Shown piece after piece: positions 1-7,621 of a stretch of DNA of 57,458 bases (the stretch's first letter is position 1; each line of letters begins with the position of its first letter). The stretch comes from Alphaproteobacteria bacterium (lineage in GTDB: Bacteria > Pseudomonadota > Alphaproteobacteria > UBA7985). The stretch spans positions 1-57,458 of the forward strand of contig CBFHUI010000006.1 of the NCBI GenBank assembly GCA_965658725.1, given 5' to 3'. The notes below the pieces were generated by a model that saw only the letters and a list, made by a program, of their open reading frames with translations, was not told where the DNA came from and made no database searches. The position numbers and the translations under genes are program-made.

Positions 1-296
1 AGGTTGGTGCCGATGTAGTTGCCCATACACCCGATCCAGTCCAGCCCTTCCGGCGTGGTCCCGGCAAGCAAAATCAGATCCCGCCGCTCCAAGTCGGGCA
101 TGGCGCGATGCAGCGGTATCAGGCACCCATCAAGGAAGGCTTCGGGTCCCGCCAAATCGCCAAAGGGGTGGAACACCTTAAAAGTTGCGTCTGGGGCAAA
201 CAGCTCTGCCATCACCGACTGCACAGCCTCAGGCTCAAAGTTTTCAAGCGCGTCTCGGTAGGGTTTGAACAGGGATTTTAGGGCTTCAGCGTCCAT
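1..296 (-). CDS. SnoaL-like / ester cyclase (NTF2-fold) protein, 5' part; runs off the window edge
   Basis: Not in the ORF track. Hand translation from ATG at 296 gives MDAEALKSLFKPYRDALENF...FAPDATFKVFHPFGDLAGPEAF...LHRAMPDLERRDLILLAG...DWIGCMGNYIGT, open to the edge. It resembles the N-terminal half of the divergent 427..1437 protein (HPFG, RRxD, WxxxMG). Confidence 0.8.
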   Translation of the reverse strand, partial: MDAEALKSLFKPYRDALENFEPEAVQSVMAELFAPDATFKVFHPFGDLAGPEAFLDGCLIPLHRAMPDLERRDLILLAGTTPEGLDWIGCMGNYIGTN

Positions 297-426
297 AGTT
301 TGAGGCTTTCTGAAGTGAGGTTGAAAGGGCGCGTCTGGTTGGCATCTAGACAATCGGTTCCAGCTTTGGCAAGGACAACTTGCATACGCATGCACAGTCC
401 CTTTGTCCAAGCGCAGGAGAGCGCCC

Positions 427-1437
427 GTGTCCTTCCAACCTGCCAAGCAACTGGTTCTGAACTTCTACGATGCCCTGGACAACGCCAGCGCCGAGGGCTC
501 CGCGCGGGCCTTCGAACAGTTTGCTGCGCCTGATCTGCTGTGGCGGGGTTTTCATCCCTTCGGCGAGATTGCGGGGGACCCGGCAGCCGTGGCAGCGCGG
601 GTATGGGCGCCGCTGAAGACGAGCCTGACCTCCATGCAGCGGCGCATGGATCTGTTTTTCGCGGGGCAAAACAGCCTCAGCGATCCAGCCGACGACGGTT
701 CGGTCTGGGTGGCCTCCATGGGGCATTTGATGGGGTTGTTTGACGCGCCGCTGCTGGGAATCCGGCCAACGGGCCGCATTGGGATGCTGCGCTATGCGGA
801 GTTTTTGCGGGTCAAGGACGGTCGGATCACAGAGATTGCCTTCTACTTCGATCTTCCGCACCTGATGGCGCAAGCCGGGCAGAACCCGTTTCCGCCACAG
901 ACCGGCGCGCAGTTGGTGCAACCCGGACCGCAGACCAACGATGGACTGCTCTTCACCGACGCTGCGCCAGCCGAAGGCGCGAAGACGCTGGCGGCGATCA
1001 ACGCCATGATTGCCGATCTGGGCCAGTGGGATCACCCGCTGTCGCTGGAGGAAGAACTGGCGCTGACGTGGCAGGACGACATGCTGTGGTGGGGGCCGAC
1101 CGGGGTCGGGGCGACCTACACGATCGAGCGCTACGCCAAGCAGCACGCCGGACCGTTTCGAGCTGCCTTCGCCAACCGTTCAGGCACCGGCCACGTCTGC
1201 CGCATGGCCGAGGGGGCTTACGGCGGGTTCTTCGGCTGGCCGAACTTTACCGCAACCCATGTGGGCGGATTCATGGGCATGCCTGCAAGCGAAAAGACGC
1301 TTGAATTTCGCGTCATCGATTTCTACCGGCGCGGTCCTGAGAAGCTGGCAGAAAATTGGATTTTCATCGACTTGCTTCACGTCCTCCAGCAGCAAGGCGC
1401 AGACGTGCTAAAGCGCAACGAAATGACGTCGCTCTGA
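427..1437 (+). CDS. Tandem SnoaL-like ester/polyketide cyclase family protein
   Basis: Two NTF2-like repeats (FHPFGE..RRMDLFFAG..WVASMGHLMG..GIRPTG; WWGPTG..GWPN..FMGMPAS..RVIDFYR..ENWIFID). Likely GTG start at 427 after RBS AGGAGA; the track ORF starts at 403. Confidence 0.8.
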   Translation: MSFQPAKQLVLNFYDALDNASAEGSARAFEQFAAPDLLWRGFHPFGEIAGDPAAVAARVWAPLKTSLTSMQRRMDLFFAGQNSLSDPADDGSVWVASMGHLMGLFDAPLLGIRPTGRIGMLRYAEFLRVKDGRITEIAFYFDLPHLMAQAGQNPFPPQTGAQLVQPGPQTNDGLLFTDAAPAEGAKTLAAINAMIADLGQWDHPLSLEEELALTWQDDMLWWGPTGVGATYTIERYAKQHAGPFRAAFANRSGTGHVCRMAEGAYGGFFGWPNFTATHVGGFMGMPASEKTLEFRVIDFYRRGPEKLAENWIFIDLLHVLQQQGADVLKRNEMTSL

Positions 1438-1509
1438 CAGCAGAAGGGTCCCCGTTCTTTCCTACTATGGACTGGAATGATCTATGTTTCTCGTCGGAAG
1501 GAAAGTGCG

Positions 1510-2388
1510 ATGAAGACCCTGACCCAAGAGCAATATGACCAGTTTTGGCGGGATGGTGTGCTGGTGGTTGAGGACGCCGTTACCCCCGAACAGCTCACCG
1601 CGCTGCGCGAGGTTTTTGACGGCTGGGTCGAGGAAAGCCGTGCGCACGATAGCGACTATGGCGAGACCCTTGACGGCCGCCCGCGCTTTGACCTTCAGCC
1701 CGGCCATTCCGCCCAAACACCGGGCCTTCGCCGCGTGCAGTCGCCTGAAGAAGTCTCTGAGGTCTATGCCTCGGTCATGCGCACGGCGCGGACGGTTGAG
1801 GTGGTCGGCGACCTAATCGGTCCCAACCTTCGCTTTCACCATGGCAAAGTGAATTCAAAGCTGCCCGGCACCGCGACCAAGGTGCTGTTCCATCAGGACT
1901 TTAACTTCCAGCCCATGACCAACGACGACATCATCACCTGCCTGTTGTTTGTGGACGAGGTGACGCTTGAAAACGGGCCGCTGGAGGTGGTCCCCGGCTC
2001 TCACAAAGGCCCGCTCTACACCCACTGGCACAACGGCCGTTTTACTGGCGCCGTCGCTGATGAGGTGATGGAGGCGTTTGCTCATCAGGTGGTGCCGTGC
2101 ACGGGGAAGGCCGGGTCGGTGTGCCTCATGCATTCGAGTCTCTTGCACGGCTCCGCGCCGAACCTCTCCGACAGCACGCGGACGCTGTATATTACGACCT
2201 ATTACGCCGAAGACGCCATGGAACTCAGCCCCAACGCGCTGCCCAGCACGCTCACGCACGAGTTGGTGTCGGGTGAAGTCACCGGCCGTGTGCGGTGCTC
2301 ACACTATGAGATGGAGCTGCCGGAGATCCCTAAGGGGACGTCATTCTTTGCCCAGCAGGAAGGCTCTGACAGCGCAGCGGCGGCTTGA
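1510..2388 (+). CDS. Phytanoyl-CoA dioxygenase (PhyH) family Fe(II)/2-oxoglutarate dioxygenase
   Basis: LTQEQYDQFWRDG start, HQD iron motif, NGPLEVVPGSH, distal LLHGS His and downstream Arg; ATG at 1510 after GGAAGGA. Confidence 0.88.
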   Translation: MKTLTQEQYDQFWRDGVLVVEDAVTPEQLTALREVFDGWVEESRAHDSDYGETLDGRPRFDLQPGHSAQTPGLRRVQSPEEVSEVYASVMRTARTVEVVGDLIGPNLRFHHGKVNSKLPGTATKVLFHQDFNFQPMTNDDIITCLLFVDEVTLENGPLEVVPGSHKGPLYTHWHNGRFTGAVADEVMEAFAHQVVPCTGKAGSVCLMHSSLLHGSAPNLSDSTRTLYITTYYAEDAMELSPNALPSTLTHELVSGEVTGRVRCSHYEMELPEIPKGTSFFAQQEGSDSAAAA

Positions 2389-2403
2389 GCTGCTGCCCCG
2401 GTT

Positions 2404-3411
2404 TCACGACGGCGGGGAGGCATCCTGCCGTTGCTGGCGTCGACGCAGCAGCCATAGGACCAGCACCAGCCCGCCGCCCAGCAGGACCACCAGCCCGTAG
2501 TCGATGATCGGGATGCGGAAGACCTCGTTGACGTTGCCCCAGCCTCGGCTTGAGTAAACCCACACGACCCCGCCGACAAAGGCGGCGTAGACCAGCCAGT
2601 GTACCCAGCGCGGCAGCCCCAGCCCGTGCATCTGTGTCACCACGAATAGTGCGGCAAAGCCAAAGAAGAACATGGGCCAAAATTCCTGCCCCGCGACCAG
2701 TGCCACCGTAACCCCGTGGATCAGCACGGAGACTTCCAGCACCGCCGTCCACCACTTGTTGGTGTGCACGCGGGTGAAGACAAAGGCGCCCTGAAGCAGC
2801 AGCAGGAAAGTATAGAGGAAGCCCAGCAAGTGCCCCGGCGTGGTCTCCATCGGGTGGAACCAGTAGGTGTAGACCACGGCCCAGGCGAAGTAGTAGCCGT
2901 GGTAGCGGATGAGCCACTGGCGCGCCGGGGCCAACCACTTACCGCCACGCCCAAAGGCGATCCCGCGGCGCGGCGCTTCCATGATGAGCACGATCACCAG
3001 CAGGAAAATCACGGAAAGCTGAGATGAGAAGACCGACGTGTCTTGCGCCAGACCGTCGTACCAGATCGCCGTCTGCGCGTAGTGCAACGCGACGAAGAAC
3101 CCGGTTCCGGCCAACCCAACCCAGTTCACCGGGTGCATCAGTCGCCGATCCTTGAGCTTGTCTCGATTGACCACGGCCCAGCGGATCAGGCCCCAGAAAA
3201 ACAGCTGATGGGCGATATAGAAGCCCCACGCTGTCGCGCGGGTCCAGAAGGTTGGCTCGGGCAGCTTCCAATAATACCAAGCCGCACCCTGATCGGGCAG
3301 CAGCTCGATTTGCCGGAGAATGGGGTCGAGCAGCAGGATCGACAGCGTCGCCAGAACTGACAGGCCAACAGCGACCCAAAGTGCAATCCAAAGCGGTGAT
3401 AACCGGCCCAT
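2404..3411 (-). CDS. Polytopic membrane protein of unknown function, His-rich
   Basis: 335 aa with about 9-10 hydrophobic segments, 10 His and many Trp/Tyr; coding-like codon usage. Confidence 0.75.
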   Translation of the reverse strand: MGRLSPLWIALWVAVGLSVLATLSILLLDPILRQIELLPDQGAAWYYWKLPEPTFWTRATAWGFYIAHQLFFWGLIRWAVVNRDKLKDRRLMHPVNWVGLAGTGFFVALHYAQTAIWYDGLAQDTSVFSSQLSVIFLLVIVLIMEAPRRGIAFGRGGKWLAPARQWLIRYHGYYFAWAVVYTYWFHPMETTPGHLLGFLYTFLLLLQGAFVFTRVHTNKWWTAVLEVSVLIHGVTVALVAGQEFWPMFFFGFAALFVVTQMHGLGLPRWVHWLVYAAFVGGVVWVYSSRGWGNVNEVFRIPIIDYGLVVLLGGGLVLVLWLLRRRQQRQDASPPS

Positions 3412-3546
3412 GTCAGACCCTTCCCTGAAGCTTCAACCCGTCGCCCAAGGGCGGAGGGTTTTCCTAGCAGGTGAGTTAGAACGTCGCAGGCTCAAGGCCA
3501 GAGCTTAAACAGGCCGGGTTCATGAAAAAGCGACGGATGGGCGGGG

Positions 3547-4629
3547 CTAGACCAAGCGGCCCCGCGCTGCCACCGGGATCACGTCCACCACGCGATCACC
3601 CCGCACCGCGACCAACTGGTCCACCATGTTCACCACCACGCACACGTGGTTGGGCACCACGCGGAGGATCTCCCCAACTTCGGGCTTGGTGGCGCAGGCG
3701 GAGAGGTCGAGGAAGCCGTGCTCCTCGGCGAACTTGTGGATGCGGGCCTCGGGGTGTTCGAGGATCAGGCCGTAGCCCTCCAGCCCGCCGGTGTCGCTGG
3801 TCAGGGTCTTGGAGCCGGAATCGAGGATGCCGCGCTGCGCGCCGCCCCGGCTGACCACAGTGGCAAAGACATGCAGGGCGCAGTCGCCCAGGTCTGCGAC
3901 CCCGGCAGCGATCATCATGCGATCATTGAAGATGCAGGTTCCTGCGCGGTGCTCCGTCGCCCCGGCCAGCCCGCCCAACTGGCTGAAGTTCGGTGTGCCG
4001 CCGGTGGAGACGATTTCAGCACTCAGGCCCAGCTCTGCGAGACCCTGCTTGACCCGGTCAAAGAACGCCTGAGTTGCCGGCCAGCCATCAAGCGGCGGGT
4101 AAAACAGCAGTCCGGCGAAAGTCAGCCACGGGTTGTCGCGGACCTGAGCGGCCAGCGCCAGCGCCTCAGCCGGGGTTTCGACGCCTGCGCGTTCCAACCC
4201 CGTGTCGCATTCAATGAGCACAGCAAGCGGTCGACCGGCTTGCTCGGCTGCTTGGGCGTAGGCGTCCAGTGTGACGGGATTGTCCGCACAGACCTTGAGT
4301 GGAACATCCCGCTGCAGCGCGCTGAGCCGCCCCGAGCGCGCCGCGCCGATGAGGTTGGTGGCGATCAGGATATCGGTGATCCCGGCTGCCGCCATCACTT
4401 CCGCTTCCCCGAGCTTTTGGCATGTGATCCCGCGTGCGCCTGCGTCGATCTGCATTTGCGCCAGCAGAGGGGATTTGTGGGTTTTGATGTGCGGGCGGTT
4501 GGCAACACCAGCGGCGTCACAGCGGGCTTGAGCGGCGGCGATGTTGGCCTCTACTCGGTCCATGTCGATGACCATGCAGGGCGTGCCGAACTCTGCGGCG
4601 ATGGTTTGCTTGAGGGCGTCGGTGGCCAT
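3547..4629 (-). CDS. D-TA/DSD1 family PLP-dependent enzyme (D-threonine aldolase / D-serine dehydratase-like)
   Basis: TP..ID..NI, RPHIKTHK (PLP Lys), GGTP, EHRAG, LDSGSK, EEHG, PNHVC; start at MATDALKQ. Confidence 0.88.
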   Translation of the reverse strand: MATDALKQTIAAEFGTPCMVIDMDRVEANIAAAQARCDAAGVANRPHIKTHKSPLLAQMQIDAGARGITCQKLGEAEVMAAAGITDILIATNLIGAARSGRLSALQRDVPLKVCADNPVTLDAYAQAAEQAGRPLAVLIECDTGLERAGVETPAEALALAAQVRDNPWLTFAGLLFYPPLDGWPATQAFFDRVKQGLAELGLSAEIVSTGGTPNFSQLGGLAGATEHRAGTCIFNDRMMIAAGVADLGDCALHVFATVVSRGGAQRGILDSGSKTLTSDTGGLEGYGLILEHPEARIHKFAEEHGFLDLSACATKPEVGEILRVVPNHVCVVVNMVDQLVAVRGDRVVDVIPVAARGRLV

Positions 4630-4675
4630 GGCTTTGGACCCTGCTTTGGATGGGGTTATTCGGGATAGCGATACG

Positions 4676-5986
4676 TCAGAGCCGCGCGCCCGGCACAATG
4701 ATCGGCGGCGCGCTGTTCAGCGTGTCACGGGCGAACCCCGCGGCGGCCTTGTAGCGCTGCATGAAGGCATCGCGCTCTTCGGCGGGGAGGACGGTGTTGA
4801 TGTCGTCAAAGACCCCGCCGCACCGCTCTTCCACCAGACCGAGCAGGCCAAACGGGCCATCGCCCCGGTTGCGCAACACCACGTCATTCACCGGAGCGTT
4901 GTAAGCCGCGTCAAAAGCCCTGAACGCATCGGCCGTTAGGCCCTCGCTGAGGAAAGCCGCACCCAGATTGCGCGCATCGATGATCGCCTGACTGGCGCCG
5001 TTGGAGCCGGTTGGATACATGGGGTGCGCCGCGTCCCCGATCAGCAGCACGGAACCATCGGCCCACGTCTCGATCGGGTCGCGGTCGATCATGGGGTTCT
5101 CATAGGCAACTTGGCCATTGGCAATCAGGTTGGGCACGTCCAGCCAGTCATAGGTCATGTCGGCAAAGTGGTGTTCAAAGTCTCCGATCGGCACTTCCCC
5201 AAACCAGCGCGTCTTTTCCCACGCATCCTGATCGTCCGTTCGGATTTCCGCGATCCAGTTTATCAGCGACAGCCCATTGGCGTCGGGTTGGCTGATCGGA
5301 TAGATCACCAGCCGCCGCTTCTCTGCGCCCAATCCCAGAAAGGACGAGCCCGTCCGCGTTGCCGGTGCGCGGGTGACGCCGCGCCACATGATGATTCCGC
5401 CCCAGTGGATCGGCGGCTGGTCCGGGTGCATCTGGGCGCGGATCGACGAGTGGATCCCGTCTGCGCCAATCAGCAACCGGCCGTGCACGCTCACGGGCTC
5501 CTCGCTAGGTCGCTTGATGAAGTGCGCGGAGACCGTGCCGTCTTCGTGCTGGGTGTAACCTGTTGCCTGATGCCCCGTGCGGACGGCACCCGGGCCCAGC
5601 CGCTCCAGCACGCGGGCGAAGAGCAGCATTTGCAGCTCACCGCGATGCACGGCGTACTGAGGCCAATTATAGCCAGCAAGCAGTCCACGGGGTTCGGCGT
5701 AAATTTCTGCCCCGTTTAGCCCCACCAAGGCCCACTCCCGCGCCTGAATTCCGATCTGGTCGAGGTCGGCTTCGGTGATGCCGAGATCGTACAACTCGCG
5801 CACGGCGTTAGGCTGAATGTTGATGCCGACACCCAGCGCGCGCGGCTCCTCGGCACTTTCGAACACCAGGCAGTCGATCCCCAGCTGGTGCAGCGTCAGC
5901 GCAGCGGTCAGTCCAGCGATCCCGCCCCCAACAATAAGGACGGGGCCTTCAGTGGCCGTATCAGTCGAAGCATTGGGGGGCGACAT
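4676..5986 (-). CDS. Class A FAD-dependent monooxygenase (salicylate/aromatic hydroxylase-like)
   Basis: GGGIAG Rossmann motif, GADGIHS, GDAAHPMYPTGSNGASQAI; start probably MSPPNAST. Confidence 0.85.
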   Translation of the reverse strand: MSPPNASTDTATEGPVLIVGGGIAGLTAALTLHQLGIDCLVFESAEEPRALGVGINIQPNAVRELYDLGITEADLDQIGIQAREWALVGLNGAEIYAEPRGLLAGYNWPQYAVHRGELQMLLFARVLERLGPGAVRTGHQATGYTQHEDGTVSAHFIKRPSEEPVSVHGRLLIGADGIHSSIRAQMHPDQPPIHWGGIIMWRGVTRAPATRTGSSFLGLGAEKRRLVIYPISQPDANGLSLINWIAEIRTDDQDAWEKTRWFGEVPIGDFEHHFADMTYDWLDVPNLIANGQVAYENPMIDRDPIETWADGSVLLIGDAAHPMYPTGSNGASQAIIDARNLGAAFLSEGLTADAFRAFDAAYNAPVNDVVLRNRGDGPFGLLGLVEERCGGVFDDINTVLPAEERDAFMQRYKAAAGFARDTLNSAPPIIVPGARL

Positions 5987-6175
5987 AAGGGTCTCTGCTG
6001 TCCTTGAGGTTTCCTGTATTCTGAAAGCAAAGACCCCGGCCATGCAAGCCGTTTGCCTGCTCGTGCGCCCTCTTGATGGTTGGCCGCAAGTGACTAAGGT
6101 TCGCGCCAGAAAGCGGGTCTTGCCCGCTCGGCTCGCCGATGGGGCGACGGTAATCACGGTGAAAGGGTTGCGTGC

Positions 6176-7498
6176 GTGTCGATTGATCTGAGTTCCCCCC
6201 TCGAACTGCCGTGTGGCGCCGTTCTGCCCAACCGCCTCCTGAAAGCCGCGATGACCGAAGGGCTGGCAACCCCTGACGGCCGCGCCACCCCGGAACTCGA
6301 TCGGCTCTATGCGCTGTGGTCAGAGGGCGGGGCTGGGACTCTGGTCACGGGTAACGTGATGGTCGACGCGCACCACCTTGAGCGGCCCGGTAACGTCATC
6401 GTTGATGCTGTGCCTTCCGCCGATCAGGCCGCGCGGCTACGGCGCTGGGCTGAAGCTGGTACGGGCAGGGGCGAGGGGGTAGATCGCCCGCGCAATCATC
6501 TTTGGGCGCAAATCAGCCACGGCGGGCGCCAAACCCAAGCGTCGGTCAACCGGCATCCCAAGTCGTCCTCTGACGTGCGCCTGCGCGTGCCCGGCGGGCT
6601 GTTCGCTCGGCCTTCACCGCTGAGCCTGCCCGAGATTGCCGACCTGATCGAGCGCTGGGCGCAAGCGGCGCGGGCCTTCAAGGACGCAGGCTTTACCGGC
6701 GTGCAAATCCACGGCGCGCATGGTTACCTCATCAGCCAGTTTCTCTCCCCCCTCATCAACCGGCGGACCGACCGCTATGGCGGCAGTCTGGAGAACCGCG
6801 CCCGCTTTTTGCTGGAGATCGTGGAGGCCGTGCGCGCTGCTGTCGGGCCGTCGTTCCCGGTATCGGTCAAGCTCAACAGCGCGGATTTCCAGCGCGGGGG
6901 CTTTGTGTTCACCGATAGCTTGCAAGTGGTCCAATGGCTGGAGGAGGCGTCGGTCGACCTGATCGAGATCTCTGGCGGCTCCTACGAGCAACCGCGCTTC
7001 CTCAAGCTCGACGGCATCGAAGACCCGACAGACCAGAACGTTGCCCCTTCTACCGCCGCGCGAGAGGCTTACTTCGTCGATTTCGGCAAGGCGATGCAGG
7101 AGCGGGTGAGCGTGCCGCTGATGGTCACCGGCGGGTTTCGGCGGCGTGATGCAATGGATCAAGCGCTGAACAGCGGCGCAACCGACGTGATCGGGCTGGC
7201 GCGGCCTTTGTGCCTGATGCCTGACGCCCCGCGTCGCCTGCTCGACGGGCTGGAGGAGCTGCCGCGATACGAAGACGCGCTGGGCCTGATCCCGCGCTGG
7301 CTGAGCGCGCTGCGCCGGTCCAACTTAGTCAAGACCATCGACGGCTACGCTGGCACCTATTGGTTCTATCAGCAAATCTGGTTGCTCGGTACGCAAGGAC
7401 AGGCCGAGCCGGAGTTCCCGGTCTTCAAAGGCTTCCTCGATGTCTACTTCCGCACCAACAAAATCCAGCGTCAACGGGTCCGTGATGGCCACGCCTAG
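6176..7498 (+). CDS. NADH:flavin oxidoreductase / old yellow enzyme family
   Basis: PNRLLKAAM, QISHGGRQ, GFTGVQIHGAHGYLISQFLSP..NRRTDRYGGSLENRARF. Confidence 0.9.
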   Translation: MSIDLSSPLELPCGAVLPNRLLKAAMTEGLATPDGRATPELDRLYALWSEGGAGTLVTGNVMVDAHHLERPGNVIVDAVPSADQAARLRRWAEAGTGRGEGVDRPRNHLWAQISHGGRQTQASVNRHPKSSSDVRLRVPGGLFARPSPLSLPEIADLIERWAQAARAFKDAGFTGVQIHGAHGYLISQFLSPLINRRTDRYGGSLENRARFLLEIVEAVRAAVGPSFPVSVKLNSADFQRGGFVFTDSLQVVQWLEEASVDLIEISGGSYEQPRFLKLDGIEDPTDQNVAPSTAAREAYFVDFGKAMQERVSVPLMVTGGFRRRDAMDQALNSGATDVIGLARPLCLMPDAPRRLLDGLEELPRYEDALGLIPRWLSALRRSNLVKTIDGYAGTYWFYQQIWLLGTQGQAEPEFPVFKGFLDVYFRTNKIQRQRVRDGHA

Positions 7499-7503
7499 CG
7501 GCG

Positions 7504-7579
7504 ATTGGACAGTTCTGTCCAATTCTGGATGGACGGCGGCTGTTCAGGTTGAGTAGCCTATTGGGCAAGAGTGTCCAAT
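7504..7579 (+). promoter_or_regulatory. Paired palindromic operator ATTGGACA-N4-TGTCCAAT, probably bound by the downstream TetR
   Basis: attggacagttctgtccaat (7504-7523) and attgggcaagagtgtccaat (7560-7579), plus a degenerate tggacg-N5-tgttca (7530-7546), upstream of ATG 7622. Confidence 0.65.
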
Positions 7580-7621
7580 GGGGTCGGCTAGACTCCCTTT
7601 GCTAAGAGTTAGGAGTCACAC

